From NCBI GenBank assembly GCA_030141605.1, contig JAQGDQ010000106.1:554661-618660 (forward strand): a stretch of DNA of 64,000 bases. Reading direction: 5' to 3'. Below, in pieces: positions 29,767-44,550 of this stretch. Every line of letters begins with the position of its first letter. The stretch's first letter is position 1. The notes under the pieces were generated by a model. It ran no database searches. It was given only the letters and a program-made list of their open reading frames with translations, and was not told where the DNA came from. The DNA comes from Tubiluchus corallicola (lineage: Eukaryota; Animalia; Priapulida). The translations under genes were made by a program, and so were the position numbers.

Positions 29767-31264
29767 ATATAAGCTCCTGACCTTCACCACTAGCAGAAGT
29801 TGGTTTAGCTTTAAGCCTATGATGATCATCATTGGTGGCCATCTGATTTCATTTAATAATAATTTATTTTGTAATCTAGCTAAATTGTAATAGTGACTTT
29901 TTATACAAATCATCCAACACAAGACAACTAGGTTCTAGAAATATCTATATTAAAAATATTAGCAATACTAATTAGCAAAAACAAAGATTACAGGGTTGAT
30001 CCCAAATCAGCTGACTGGATTGATAGTATGATCTGCAATCTATCTAGTGAGTCAAGGAAACAGGCATCATCACAGATGCGGCTGCAGTATTCAGTATATT
30101 GGACAATTGATTTGTGAAGATATACTATAGTATAGCATTAGAAGCATAATTTTGATCCCAATACTCACATCCAGCTTTTTCGTATAATTTTAATGACTCC
30201 TGTAAGATATTTCTTTCATCTAAAACAAGAACACACATCCAACAAAAACATAAAGTGTCAATCTGCATAACAAAAGATCAATCAAGAAGAGAGGAATTGC
30301 CTATGAGCATATACCACATAGGTAATGTAGTATTGAAATGGTGAGATAAATCAAACTTGTACATGTACGAGTATGCTAAAAGTGTTGCGGAACTTCCTCG
30401 AACTACCATGCCAGTATTTAACAATTATCACTATCGACATAAATAAATAACGCAATGCTTTAACAGCAATTTTATTATAAATAAACTACTTTCTACAGTA
30501 CACTGTAAAGCATGCAAAAATTTTGTTTAAAAATTCATAGTCTTTTTTGTTTGCTGCAGATGCTAAGCATAAAATGTAAATAGAAAAGCATACAATGTAA
30601 ATGCATTACAGCACTTGAAAGTTATAACTTTTGTTAGGCACTGCTACTATCCAAGTGAAAAAGTTGGTGCAGCAGAACAGAATAATGTGCAATCTATTCA
30701 TTATCATGTCTAATGTTTAATGAATGTCACCTGCCATACAAAAAAACCTAGTGCTAACAAGATTATATTTGTCATAATAATGACAAGGGAAGTTCGGCAA
30801 AAATAAACAGTTGCAAACAATCTAGTCGGAAATAATTTTTTGCAGTACAGTCAGTGCTAGACAAACCACTGCCATGCTTTGTATCAACAGTACAGCCAAT
30901 ACTCTGATGAATTCATATTATTAACAGTGAAATACTAAGCATCGTTTTCAGACCAGGATGCAAGGTCAAATCAACAACCTCTCTAACAGAAAGACAGCAT
31001 GTTACTGCATAACTAATTCTGCAGTTTATTCAAAAGGTCACATCAGTAAGACTTTTCTTATCAGTATACTGTTCTTTCCAAATAGTTAAATTCTGAGACA
31101 TCCAAACAAAAAATAGTGTGCAATGGTGAGTACGAATAATCTTGTAACAAATGTGTCACTATAAGATGGTAGCTCCCATTCTGGTGAATGTTAAGAAAAC
31201 GAAATGAAGGACACAAATGACTGCCCCTCAAAACAATAGCAATTCTGTTATTACCAGAAATACA

Positions 31265-32812
31265 CTAATGCTTCATTCTATTGAACCTTGGTACAGACAT
31301 TTGTCTTCTTAAAGTCTTTGGCGACAGCAGATGTGCAATATTACGAGAAACCGGTGTTGTCTTCTGTTGAAGTGTCCTGAGTGGGGAGGAGTCGGCCACT
31401 AACACCAGCTAAAGTAAGAAAGACCAGTTAATTATTTCCAATCCCATCCAATTAAATATGACCACTTTAAAACAATAAACCTAGAATAAACTGCAGTACC
31501 TGTCATCTGTGAAACAAACGTTTGAAACAGAAAGATCATTAGTTGCCAAAATATCATATCAGGACATAATCATCTCCAAACACATGTCGAATAGGCAGCT
31601 ATACGAACTGAAAGTCCATGATTCAGTATAGTTTCTCTAGAGTTACAAACTCATATGGCTCAACCACTATTTCAAACTGGCACTGCTAACTAACTAATCA
31701 AACCTAAGTTAACATTTGCAGTGTACTATCAGATAACTTGTCTCAGTGTACATCTAATTATAAGTAAAACTGGCTGCACATACAACTGGTGGAAAATACT
31801 ACATGGCAATTAACCAAACAATCTTGCAGTGTATTTATACTGACAAACATTACTTCATAAAATGTGCTAGTTTATGCAGAGCTATTATTTGAAAAAAGGG
31901 AATTATATTCCTAACAATGATAGTAAAATCTTCAGAAATACTTACTGGGGAGTTCTCTTTAAACTCATCTGCACCTTTAACTGGAACTGCTTGTCCCAAC
32001 TCCACCCCATTTACTCGTTTAGCAAATCCCAAACTGCACATTGTCTCATTCACATGGTAATTAGCAGGTGCAACTTGAACCAACATCATCACTTTACTAC
32101 TGCCACCTAAACGAATATTCAACAAAATACCAGATGTGAATAAAAGTCTTGCGATTTATAACTGTTAATAACAGATTTGATATTCAATAAAAGCAGTTAT
32201 AATATACCAGGGTTTATGCTATCAAACAGTATTTTTGTGGTCATACAGTTGAACTTGCAGAATTTGTATTTCTTGATGCACTGTAATGCTATTCTAGTAG
32301 GATGCATTGTAACCCTGCACATAGTTTTAATGTGTCTTAAGTACCTGTATCAAATACAAAATACTTTATAACAATGATGATATATCTAACACAATAATTA
32401 TAAAACAAATGGCTAATTACAATATGGTGATAAATTAAGGCTGATGGTCTTCCTGTTCACCACTACAAAATGTGCTGGCCTTCATAAAAATAGAGTTCTG
32501 GTTTCAAGTGTTGGCTTAAATATAACATTGAACTAAATTACACATAAATTTCTTACACAAGCAGCAGTTAGTTGGCTTCAGCTTGGAGGGCAGAACTGAA
32601 CGTACTACATTCATTCTACCTTAAATTGATTGCAGAGGTGCCTTTTTTGCAATGCTTGACTCTACCATCGTCATTGTCAATGTCCTCCTCTTCCTCAACA
32701 TCATCATCATCATCATCACCACCACCACAACCACCACCACCAACAACAACAACACCACCACCACCACGAACAACAACAACAACAACACCACCACAACCAC
32801 CACCACCACCAA

Positions 32813-32883
<71 letters not shown>

Positions 32884-35800
32884 CCATCATCACCATCTAC
32901 ATTACCATCAACAGATGCACAAAACCAACTAAGTATACTATCAAATTTTTCATTGACCTTTTTAAAATCCAGTACCTAAACTGTCTTGTAGCAAATAGGT
33001 GAGTTTGGAATTTCTGTATGGCACGTGAGCTTGCTTTGTTTTGAGAGCTTGTATAACATCACCAAGAGCAGAAAGAGACTTGTTGATGTTCTGTGCCTCT
33101 TTTAGTCTTTCACCTCCAGAGCCGCTCTTGCTCAGTCTTTCAGAACCAGCCAAATCTATGAGGTTCAATTTTCCTGAAAGCATTAAAATTTCAGTAATTT
33201 GCATCTTAACAAAATAATTAATAAAACAACTGTCCTTCACAGAGATTAATGAGTATTATTAAGTGACTAGTCACAAAACTTTTGTTTTTACTGTGTGGTA
33301 GTGCCATCCATGTGGTAAATAAACCTCAATAAGTACCCTGAAAAGTTACAAAGTAGTCAGTTATAGCTAATAAATGAAAGCTATTGTGCTGCTATGCAAC
33401 ACACATGCAAAATGTCATGTATTTACACTTCGACCTCGTAAAAATCACACTAAAGGCAATTTTTCTCAATGCATAACTAATATTAGAATCAGATGAATTT
33501 CAAAGGGTCACTTTTTAGCAAAAATGAATAACAAGACCCACCTGAACTAAATACACCAGTGGTTGTGTTCACGCCTGATACCTTGATACAGAGTAGGGCA
33601 TGTGAACGTGAGGATCTTTCATTCATATTCGTCGCTGCCGTGGCTCTATTACAGCGCGCAATGTTGAATACCTGATAAACAAAATATGTGGTAAAAAGTG
33701 ATTATATGGAAAGAAAATTCCTACAAATGTCCTAGTAAGTTAATTGTGAAATATATTTATAATTATGCTTGTAGGTACACACTGCATGTCTACCACACAT
33801 TATTTACATAAAATTTCGTGCGCTTTTTAACAATGTACTTATTGCTGGGTTTGGCTTCCATAAACTGATGTCACTGCAATTAGTTCTATTTATGTAATAA
33901 TGATTGTGATTCAGTGGCTTCCTGGCTTCCAAACATTAAGAGCTTTTGAATATCTCCATCAGAATGTGACATTAAATGTCTTCATTTGGCAGAATTACTT
34001 GTGAATCAATTAACTAGTTTACAAACATGCTTAATATTTGGAATATTTTAACTATTATTTTTATTTTAATCAAATCTTAAGATAATTCTTGCGGTTAAAA
34101 GCAGTGATGTCTTAAAAATCACTTCAGAATGGTCTTCAACTACCATTATAACGATCTTTTTAGAGCATTAACATTTGAAGAAGCCTTTGAGCATTGAAAT
34201 ATACGGGTGAATTTATTTCTTCACAAAACATTTTTTTTATTTTTCTAGTAGTACTTCATTATTTTATCAATTTGTCTACGCAACTTATTTCGACTGAGAG
34301 GCAACACTGCCAAATTTTATCAATTCACCTATGCAACTTTTTGCTACTGTGTGGCAACACTGATAAATTTTACAAAATGTTACTAGCTATGCCACTGCAG
34401 CAGTAAGATTATACAACAACTATTTATTTATGAATATGCTATTGTCAAAAAAACAATAGCGAGGCTGAAGAAACTATAACACGATTTTTGATTCAACAAA
34501 TTAGGGTTAACAAATAATATCTGGGTATATTATAAACTTTCTACTGATCAGAGAGTGGAAAGTTAAAACATTTCTTAATAATTGTATTAACCACGTTAAC
34601 ATCATCAGATGAGTAAACGTTCTTCCACGTCAGTCCTGGCACATGGAGGCTACCATCTGGCAACATCTTTACATCCAATTTGTCTCCATCTCCCAACAGG
34701 TCTCTACAACGAATAAACAGTTACATAGATTCAGAAAAAAGTATTCCCAAAAAATGCAAAGCATTTTCAGTCTACCACATAAGTTATCATAATTTCAGAC
34801 TCAGTTTAGCAGAGCACAGTTGTCTAACCAGTAATGAATCAGTTTTTATTGTACTCTGGACAATGCTTGTCTATAGTCAGGGATGTGTTTCCATTATACA
34901 TAGCTGATTTTGAGAACTCTCTAAATAAAAACGACTGCAAGGGGGACAAATATTAAATTTTGCAAGTTATTCTTGAGGACATCATAACTTTCTTTTGGTT
35001 CAATCAGCTCCTATGTTGTTGCACTTAAGAACCTGCCTGTCTTGTTAACATTGTCCATTTGCCCAAAACACAACTGTAAACACAATTTATGCAAATAAAA
35101 TTATTTTTTACATTCTAAAGATAACAAAAATATGCAGGCACTAAATTTTGGAAAAAAGATGGGCTGTAATGACCAAGTTGTGTGAAAACAGAGTGAAGAG
35201 TATCTTTTTGAACAAAAGAAATGCAAATAGCTCAACTTCACTGATGCAAAATATCCATTAATTACTTAAATTTTTTGGTTGACCACTACATACAAAAATG
35301 GTTAATGACCTGATTTTCTCATTGTAAATTTCCATGGCACTCAGTGAGATGCGATATTTCCATGAATCTTGCATCCTGTCAGCAATCTCAGTAAAAAGTT
35401 TATCAAGCGCTCTCTGATTCACTCCAGGATTCTCTTCCGAGCCCTATGTAGATGAAAGGTTACAGTAAAAAGTATGCACAGTAATAAAATCTTGTTAGAT
35501 ACTTGTTAATTATTGAAACGAGTTGTTAGATAAATTGCTGCACAAAAGCATCACAGCATTACATATTCTTCCTAACCAATTAATATTCGGTCACCTCCAT
35601 CGTATAAGTCTTGCCTGCTCCTGTCTGCCCATAAGCAAATATGCAAATGTTAAAACCGTCCAAACAGTTCAGAATCAAAGGTTCCAGTTCATGAAACACC
35701 TGTAATCACAAAAACTCGATGAACACCAATTTCGCAATTTTCGCAAACATAAGAATTTCAATATTTGGCTTCAAAAATAGAAGTACCAAAATGAAAGGGT

Positions 35801-38800
35801 GTAAAAAGGATGATATGTATGAATTTGCTCTCAGTGAAGCAGCATTTCATTGAGCCTTAGACCAACAAAATTTCATCAAATTTTATGTCTTCGTTTTTAC
35901 CTCAGCTTGTGTACTGTCAGGTCCAAATGCCCGATCCAGCTCAAAAGAGGACTCTCTACCTTTGTGAAACACTCTGACAATGGATTCATCGTCACCATCT
36001 ATATCAACAACTTGCTTTATGTCATCAACGTACATATCCTCGTCAATAACTGGCCGAATGCGTGCAAACACACGAATGTTACCTTATAAAGAGAACAGAT
36101 TTTTAAGTGATGGTTTTACCTACAAGCAGGTTTAAGCATCCAAACTTGAATACTACCAATAGGTTTGAAACCATATGCAACTGATTATAGTTGCCATAAT
36201 GAAGTTAGTAACTAAAGAATTATCGATTTTATCTGTCTGTCTGCCCGTCCCCTTTTTCTCGGCCATGGAGTATTGCTCCTACAAAGTGGGCAAGTACAGA
36301 ATTGCCGTTTTCATATTGCCTGTTCGTCTGTCGTCACTTTTTCTCGGAACCTATAAATTTTGGAGTCAACTGGTGAAGCCAGTTTTTGAATTTTCTACGA
36401 TTTTTTGAACTTTCAGGTATAAGAAAGTTCTGTAGCTAATATGCCCACTAGTCAGGTGTACGCGATTTACAAACACCAGTGACAGCCAACTGACTTACTA
36501 TTCATTAACAGTGATAACAACATTCATTAACATATGTTATTCAGAAAACACACTTTTTACGGTAGTCTCCATGTACGTTATTTAATTTAAGCCTGCAGGT
36601 ACGACCGTAACCTGTGACATTTAACAGCCTTCAAGTGCATGTATGTTTGCCTCTGAATTTAGACTTTTATTTAAAGTTCTAAACCCATGCACATTGTAAC
36701 GCCGACATATTTAAAGTTTTCATTAAAAATTAACCTTTCAGTTCTGTCTGAATCGAATTCTACACTCAGTTAACTGCATGCTCCTTTTTTTGTTTTTTTA
36801 ATGAATTTATGACATTATGCAGATGCAAAAATATTAATTTTTTCACTTTTGATACCATATAACTTAGTTTTTGTACATTGCTATGCAGGTATAACAGCAT
36901 ATTTCAACTGAAACAACCTGCATTATAAAGAATTTTAAAATCAATGTTTGCTGAACATAAATTCCAAAACAGCAGCATTACAAATTATATAATTCATTAG
37001 TTAACTTTTAACTTTAAATTATGATTCCTAAATATATGCCAAACTGTTAAATTAGAGTGTAGAAAAGGTGAAAAAATCTTTATTAGCTTCCTCATGCCTT
37101 GCATGCCATGTTGCCCTTACACACATTGCATACCCCATTGCACCTATTTGTGAAAGGTGATACTCAGGCAATCCTACCAAAATCATTAAACTCACTTTAC
37201 TCGTGGCATTTTTATTATGTACACTGTTGCCACTCCAGCAACACAATATGTTGCCAATCAACCATTGACACAACTTGATAGCTTGACAGTGATTAACAGA
37301 TTCCAGTGTCATAGCGACACTATGACAGTATTGGCTGATCAGCACCGTAGCCTTTGTTTTTATGCAAAAGCAACTATAGAATGCACAGCTATGGAAGGAA
37401 AAGAGAAAGGACAAATTGGTGAGGTATGATATATTATTTTCACTTTCTTTAACCATTAAAATAAATATAATAAATTTAAATCAAAGAATGAACGAATTTA
37501 TATTGTAACTTGTAATACAAACTTAGGAATCTAATAAACATTTAAAACTTTATTGAATTCTATGCACTATGAATTCTATCCCAAGGCATATGTCTAAAGA
37601 AGCTTGCTCCTGCAAACTTTGTGTATATCTGGCTTTTTACAAAATGTGATGTACTCTACTCAATGTCATTGTTGGAAAACTAGGTATAAGGTTTTAATTT
37701 GATTTTTTTTAAATGTTCAGATGTATCGCAGGCAAATAGAGCATACAAGCTCACACATGGAAAAATTAAGCAGAAGAATGCAGCATGCAAATGGATAGAC
37801 TAAACAGCACATGCAGATTGGATAGACTGAACAGCATTTAACAACAAAGGATATTGTGTTCCAAAATACTCAACAATAAAATTCCCTCTTTTGCTGATTA
37901 AAAGCTGGGCAAAATCTGTGTCAAGTAAAACTGAAAAACTTACAAGAATTTTTTTTATGAGAAAATGGAAGTGAACACACTAGAGAAAAAAGTGAGTGAT
38001 TCTGATCAAGGATCAATATCAGAGTCAATGAAAGAGAAAGCTGGCACAGAAGGAAAACAAATGTCAGCACTAAAGAGAGAAGCAGAAGACTTCAATACGA
38101 ATCACTCAACCGAAGAGATGAAAGAAAGGAAAACTGAGCTAGAGGAAGAATCAACAAAGGAAGGAAAAAATGTCAATTCAACACCAGTGTTACAACTGAA
38201 AAAAGAAGTAAAGGAGGATGACACGAGATCATTATCAGAGCTTCTAGCAGAAGAAGAACACAAAGAAAGGCTTTATGAAGATTTCGATGACGATCGGTCT
38301 TGGATTGACGAGGACTATCAGGAAATGGAACGTAGTGACAGCAAACAAAGCAACGTATCACAATATGTTCAAAAGACATCAGGTCACATTGGTGAACATA
38401 TTGCAGTCGTCTTTGGGCTGATGTTAGGAATTAATTTAACATCTATTGGATGCTTTCTGTACATAATACCAGAGAAAAAACCACTATTAACCATAGCTAG
38501 TCCAGTATTGTTGTCAATTGGGATAATGTTCATCATAGCAACTGTGGTAGCCATGTTCACCGTATGTAAACGAACAAAACCGCCAGATGAAGTAAATAAA
38601 CTCATGACAGGTCAAATAAGTGTGCTTACCGTTGTACACATACCAAAAGAAATAAAGAAGAAAAAGAAGAAACCAAAGAAAAAGAAGAAGGAAATGCCAT
38701 ACACCACATACGATGAAACAGAATTGTCCACTCCAAGGTCAAAATCTGCAAGTTCACCAGTAAGACAACTTCAAAACGAGGAAGGAAGTGACAAAAGGTC

Positions 38801-41661
38801 TTCAATAAAATCGGCAAACAATGAATACAATCAATACGGAAAAAGAATGAAGACACCATCAATAATGAATGAGACAAACCTGAGTATTCCCCCATCTACC
38901 ATTTCTGGACGTGTATCACTAAATGAGATTGAAACAGAATTTTCAGAAGTATAATGTTATCAATAGTTTGGCAATACCTGTAATTATGTAGTGCAATAGA
39001 AAAAAAAGCTGTAGAAATGAAAAGCCAGTTGTCTTAAAAGGGTTTGAAATTTTTGAAAATGAGAAATAAGTCATGCAAGTACAATTGGTCAGCAAAAAGA
39101 TGAGGCAGTTTAAGTCAGAATCTATCACATTAAAGGAAAAATCAACCCACAAAACAAAATCCGTTGTATTTTAATATTTACTTCAAAATAACGAAATTAA
39201 CCACACAAAATACACATACAAAATACTATGCTTAATAATACAAAGGAAATTTAATTTGTTTGAATCTGCCATCAATCAAACCTGGCAGCAAGAATATTTG
39301 AAAAAAAATGGTGTAAGCTGGTGGACAGCATGAAAGCATGCGTAACAAAACTTCTGCAGTTCACTCAGAAACGGCACTATTCTAGCTGACTACATCTTTG
39401 TGTTTAATTGGGTTTACGTAACAATTAGTCAGGGGATCAATTAGCAATAACTTTAAAGTGCGTATATAGCCTTAATCCACGGGATTACACCTGAAAACGT
39501 GTAAGTACTATTACAATATACTTATAGATAAGCACGGAATTCTGCGAGGCTGCAAGCATATGGAAAGTGCCGGGCGGTTTACTTAGCCTATAGAGCTCAG
39601 TTTTAGCTTGTTAAAATAATTATTCTGTTACTTTGTTGGCATTAACTAGCTGAGCTAGAGATTATTATATTATGGTCGGTAACTTGTTTTCATTATACAG
39701 TGGGCAACAGGATTTATCAAAAAGCAAAAAATAATGTTAATAACTTCTTGTTTATCATTTTGGTTTGTTTGTAGTTGATAATACAGTAAATGTAGCTGCA
39801 AAAAAACTTGCTCGGCACATGCCAGAAGAAGTGTTTATAAAAACAGGTCAACAGATGACATCATTTTTTGTTCAAAATGAGAGTGCCCAATTTAGAAATG
39901 ATGTGACTTTAAATTGATTTTACTACTCACACGAGGCACTTATCCCAATTTTATTGCCGAAACTTCCTAACATTTTTTCAGACACTAAAATAAGCTCAGC
40001 TTCCTCAGAAACTTGGCTTTTCCTTTAATAAATGCTAGAGCGGACATAGACAAAGAAAAACTTACTATTTTAACATTTTGCGCAAAACAGCAGTATCTTT
40101 CTTCTTATTCCTCTTTTACTTTACTAATTGCTTTTTGCTGTCCAATGTAAAGTTTTATTACATAAACTTGTAAGCTCATTACCTGTGACAAGTGATGCCA
40201 ACAGGAAATAAGAAAGTGAAGAAAAATAAATTGTGGAATTTGCTATCGGAAACGAATTGTTGAAAAAGATCACACAAAAATGTACATAAGTAACCAACAA
40301 AAAATAAGAGTAAATGTAGCTCAATTACCTCTTATTTCAACAAGTTGATTATGGTATTTTTTCCTTAAGCCCATCTCTTTTTTGTATTTTCTGACTAGTT
40401 CTTTGTTATGTTGTTCAGCTGCTGCAATGGTTGTCATTATCTGCAATTTCACAGAAACGTTAGGTCAAAGACTATTCTCACTCAGCATGAATCTTTTAAT
40501 ACAAAATGTTAGAAATAAACATACATACACACTACACTTCCTCTTAGGCCCGAGTCACACTGAGAATGGCGTAAGGAGCAAACCATAACCCACTAGCCGT
40601 AAACCGTAAGGCATTATACGCAATCTGCAGTCTGCTCCTTGCTTTATGTAAATACTAAGGCATTTTATCATGTGTTTTTTGGCGGATGCAATCACGCGTA
40701 ATTAGTAATTGCTTGTCGTAATTTATGTTGAGATAAATACAGCCTAATTACATCAGTAGTTTTTAAGAGAATTAACTGTCGCTATATATAGTTAAACAAA
40801 ATAATTTAAAACAGTTTTAAAAACAGCATGTTAAGCAAAATACTTTTTATATATAGATAATTTCTATATACTAGTACATAGTGTATTAGTATACTATCCA
40901 CACATCCATAGATAACTGTGATTATTTATTGTACTAAGCCAGGAAGCACACTAAAATTTATTGCTACAATGCATCTTAATGTGGCAATGCAACTATAATG
41001 CGGATTATTGCTAAGGCTTACTGTAGGCATCCCGAGGTAAGCAGTAGATGGTAAATGGACTGCTGATTAGTGTGCAAATAAGTTTAATTGTCACTGTGCA
41101 TAACAAGTAATATATGGTGCAAGCGATACCTCAGTCTTATATTATTCGCATTATAAAGACAAGTAATATACAGGTAATATAAAGACAAGAAATATACAAG
41201 GCACTGTATTCTCAAGGAATATGCTAGTATATAATAAAGGCTCTGCCACTGCCTATGACTCTACATTGATTAAATAAGTGTTTTAAAAGACAAATGTTGT
41301 ACGTTGTTATTTTTTAGGTTATACTAAATGCTGAGTGTTGATTGCATTACAAATAGATGCTCGAGAACAAAAAAAATCATATGTAAAATATCAAACAAAA
41401 TAAAATGCAAAATTGGTAGCACATGTAATACGCTTTCCTGAACAAATTACATACCATTTGCTGAGTTTTTTGAAAAAACATGGAACAATTCCCACGAAGA
41501 CTATTCAAGTCAGCTTTCAACATTGACAGTGTACTTAAGAGCTGCACTGCCTGCGATTTTTCTACCACAGACACTCCACTCCGTCTATTATGATCAGCAA
41601 GTTCTTCTGACAGCAGAAGGTTCTGCTGAGACTGAATAAGCTCTTGTTCTCGCTGCTTAAT
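31265..41661 (-). CDS. KIFC3: Kinesin-14 C-terminal motor protein, KIFC3-like (10 traced exons; possible first exon 46967-46938)
   Basis: Exons 41661-41455, 40440-40329 ([12 protein letters not shown]), 36082-35901 ([11 protein letters not shown]), 35699-35595 (P-loop GQTGAGKT), 35443-35310, 34703-34592, 33671-33542 (NERSSRSH), 33173-32976 ([23 protein letters not shown]), 32106-31946 and 31408-31265 (stop). All GT-AG and phase-consistent. Confidence 0.92.
32697..32910. repeat. Compound (CAT)n/(CAC)n/(AAC)n trinucleotide microsatellite in kinesin intron
   Basis: Directly visible; explains the poly-S/T/M/I ORFs in the track. Confidence 0.95.
37965..38954 (+). CDS. Uncharacterised 329-aa two-transmembrane protein, antisense-nested in kinesin intron 36083-40328
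   Basis: 990-nt ORF in AT-rich DNA; acidic N-terminus, TM1 [23 protein letters not shown], short loop, TM2 [28 protein letters not shown], poly-Lys tract; candidate acceptor at 37720. Confidence 0.8.
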   Translation: MEVNTLEKKVSDSDQGSISESMKEKAGTEGKQMSALKREAEDFNTNHSTEEMKERKTELEEESTKEGKNVNSTPVLQLKKEVKEDDTRSLSELLAEEEHKERLYEDFDDDRSWIDEDYQEMERSDSKQSNVSQYVQKTSGHIGEHIAVVFGLMLGINLTSIGCFLYIIPEKKPLLTIASPVLLSIGIMFIIATVVAMFTVCKRTKPPDEVNKLMTGQISVLTVVHIPKEIKKKKKKPKKKKKEMPYTTYDETELSTPRSKSASSPVRQLQNEEGSDKRSSIKSANNEYNQYGKRMKTPSIMNETNLSIPPSTISGRVSLNEIETEFSEV

Positions 41662-42419
41662 CTTAAAGGAAAACAGCATTCTTAGCCTCAATGATCTTTT
41701 ATAATAATGCAATGATCAGTAATTTAAGAGTTTCAATTCTAAATTCATCAAGAATCCTACAAAACCCAACTTTTGTCAACTTTTAATAGAATAATCGTAA
41801 ACATGTTAATTCCGCGAGAAAACCATGCAAAAGTCAAAAAATAGTGGAAGGTGACAAATCACCGATTTTGTTCATATTCACAGGGTTGGATGATCCCCTC
41901 AGATGTACCCCACAGCCAAAATATTAGATATCAAAAATGAGCCGTTTCGGAGATAGGCCGCCATTTTGATTTTTTTCGGATTTTGGCCATTTTGACGTAA
42001 AAAAATGACCTATATTTGTCACATCATTACAGGCAGTAAATGAATGATCCAGGACTAGTTGCTCTGTGGTATATATAGTAGGGGTCTTGCCCTATTGCCA
42101 CATTGAGTTTGATGAATTGAGATTCTCTTTCAGTAGGTATCATGAGCTCATGAAAGATGCGTGTCTGCTACAGTCTGAATGACACCTTGTTTTAAAATTC
42201 TCATAACTCCACTGGGGCGGGTATTTGAAGTATAATTAATATATGTTTATTTACAGCTTGACCAGGCATACTTAGATCATTGATAAAATTTTGGCCAGCT
42301 CGTCCATAAATTGACGAGATTCGATCTTGAATGTGACATAAATCGGAAAAAAATTAGTACGAATTATTAATAATTCTGAATAAAAAATGAAAATTTCAAA
42401 AAGAAACGATAAATTACAG

Positions 42420-42910
42420 TTTCTGTCTCTCTCTGTCTCTCTGTGTCTCTGTCTGTCTCTCTCTCTGTGTCTCTGTGTCTCTCTCTGTCTCTCTCTCTGT
42501 CTCTGTCTCTCTGTGTCTCTCTCTGTCTCTCTCTCTGTCTCTGTCTCTCTTTGTCTCTCTCTGTCTCTCTGTGTCCTTCTCTCTCTCTCTGTGTGTCTCT
42601 CTGTGTCTGTCTCTGTCTCTCTGTGTCTCTCTCTGTCTCTCTCTGTGTCTCTGTGCCTCTCTCTGTCTCTCTGTGTCTCTCTCCGTCGCTTTCTGTCTCT
42701 TTGTGTCTCTGTCTGTCTCTCTGTGTCTCTCTCTGTCTCTCTGTGTTTCTCTCTCTGTCTCTGTCTCTCTCTGTCCCTCTGTGTCTCTCTCTGTCTCTTT
42801 TTATGTCTCTGTCTGTCTCTCTGTCTCTGTGTGTCTCTCTCTGTCTCTCCATCTGCCTCTCTGTGTCTCTCTTTGTCTCTCTGTGTCTCTCTCTGTCTCT
42901 CTCTCTGTCT
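42420..42910. repeat. Compound (TC)n/(TG)n microsatellite, left of LINE
   Basis: About 490 bp of tctctctg/tgtc units. Confidence 0.97.
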
Positions 42911-44550
42911 ATTATATATATTACAAAATCGCAATATCTGCATAAAGATAAATGATTATATGTCCGATCAATATCGATGCAATTTAGGACTCCCACAGGG
43001 GTCAGTTATAGCCCCAATACTGTTTATATTTTTCATTGCAGATATGTTTTATAATATGCATGACTCTGTTAAAAAGTACAAGTATGTTGATGATGGATCT
43101 TTGCATGTGTCAAATACAGACCCGCAAACCTGTGTTACAATTGCACAAAGCTGTTGTGATGTGCTTCACAAATGGTGCCAGAAATGGCGTTTAAAGATAA
43201 ATACGTTACCTGGTAAGACAGAAGCATTGCTAGTAGGGGCATGGGATGAAAATAACAAGCCAGACAATTTAAAAATTAGTAACAATGAAATATTGTTTGT
43301 TGAAGACAGCAAAATATTAGGCCTAACTGTTGATCGGAAATTAACATTTGTTAAACACGCGGGCAATGTTCATAAAAAGGTATGGTATAGATGGTTGAAA
43401 GTAAAAAACAATTGCAGTAAATATGCAGGTTTGCGACTTGCTACCATTGTAAATATTTATAAAACTACTATTTTGCCGATTATACTGTATGGTGCTATTG
43501 TATGGTTAGGTAAAAAACTTACTGTATTTGAAGATATAACCTATGATATAATGAAAGTTTCTGCGGGGTTGGCTTTTAAACCAGATCGTACTAAATTGGA
43601 ATTACTTTGTGGTCTTCCACCGTTAGACATTGAACTAAATGTAATTGTGGTTAAATCATGTCTTAAGACATTATGTCAGAGCGCTGATGATTTAGTAAAA
43701 CAACAGATTCTGCGGTATGGTAGTGCACGTCTGACAGGAAGACATATTTATAAAAATATTATGTATACAAATGTGCAGACTGTGAGAAACTTGTTAAAAT
43801 TTGTCTGGAATGAAAACTTTCGTAATACAGATCTTGAACAAATTCCTGAAAATATGTTAATTTATACCAAACGTCAAATTACAGATTATGTTTCTTATAC
43901 CTGGGCAACTAAATATAGGCATGTTATGCAATTTCGAGGAGATAATGTTGAAATACAGAATATAAAATGTACACCCTTAAATTTGCCACTTGGAAATAAT
44001 GAAAGGAAAATAGAATCCATTGCCATGTCCTTTTTAACTGGCCAGGGGAATTTTAACAGCTTTTTGTATAGACTTAATATGTGTGATACTAGTTTATGTC
44101 CATGTGGAGAAGAAGAGCAAACTCCTCAGCACATTTTATTCAGATGTAATAAAATAGATAATGCAAAAAGAATGCCGTTCATGGAAATAGCTGATGCCAA
44201 TTATACACGTAATATTATGCTTCAATCTGATAAAAATTTAATAATGGCTTTCACTAACCTGATCAGGGACAATTTTATACTAAGTAACTGTTAATTTAGG
44301 CCCGCTCCAGTATAAAAAAATAAATTATGTAGTTGTGTAAAGTTAATTTGTTTGTATAATACTTGTGATTCGTTTGAAGTTATATCTAATTTAAGTATAA
44401 AATGTTATTCGTTGTACATAGTGTGAAACTGGATTTAAAAGATTTGTTATGTGAAAATGTAAATTGTTAATCTGAGCCTGCAAAAAGAGGCACCTTTGTG
44501 TATATATATTCATTTCTTTAATAAAGATTTATTATTATTATTAAAAAAAA
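42911..44550 (+). mobile_element. 5'-truncated non-LTR retrotransposon (RT C-terminal half plus CCHC motif; I/R1/Jockey-group-like)
   Basis: Open frame to 44294 with GLPQGSVIAPILF, YVDD, KTE and LGLTVD motifs and C-terminal CPCGEEEQTPQHILFRC; 3' UTR with AATAAA (44520), (TTA)n and A8 tail. Confidence 0.92.

Noticed and set aside
29980-30200. CR1/L2-like RT remnant (EYCS-like peptide)
   Set aside because: Too degraded to delimit or classify.
32572-33002. Poly-Ser/Thr/Pro, poly-Met and poly-Ile ORFs
   Set aside because: They derive from a trinucleotide microsatellite in a kinesin intron.
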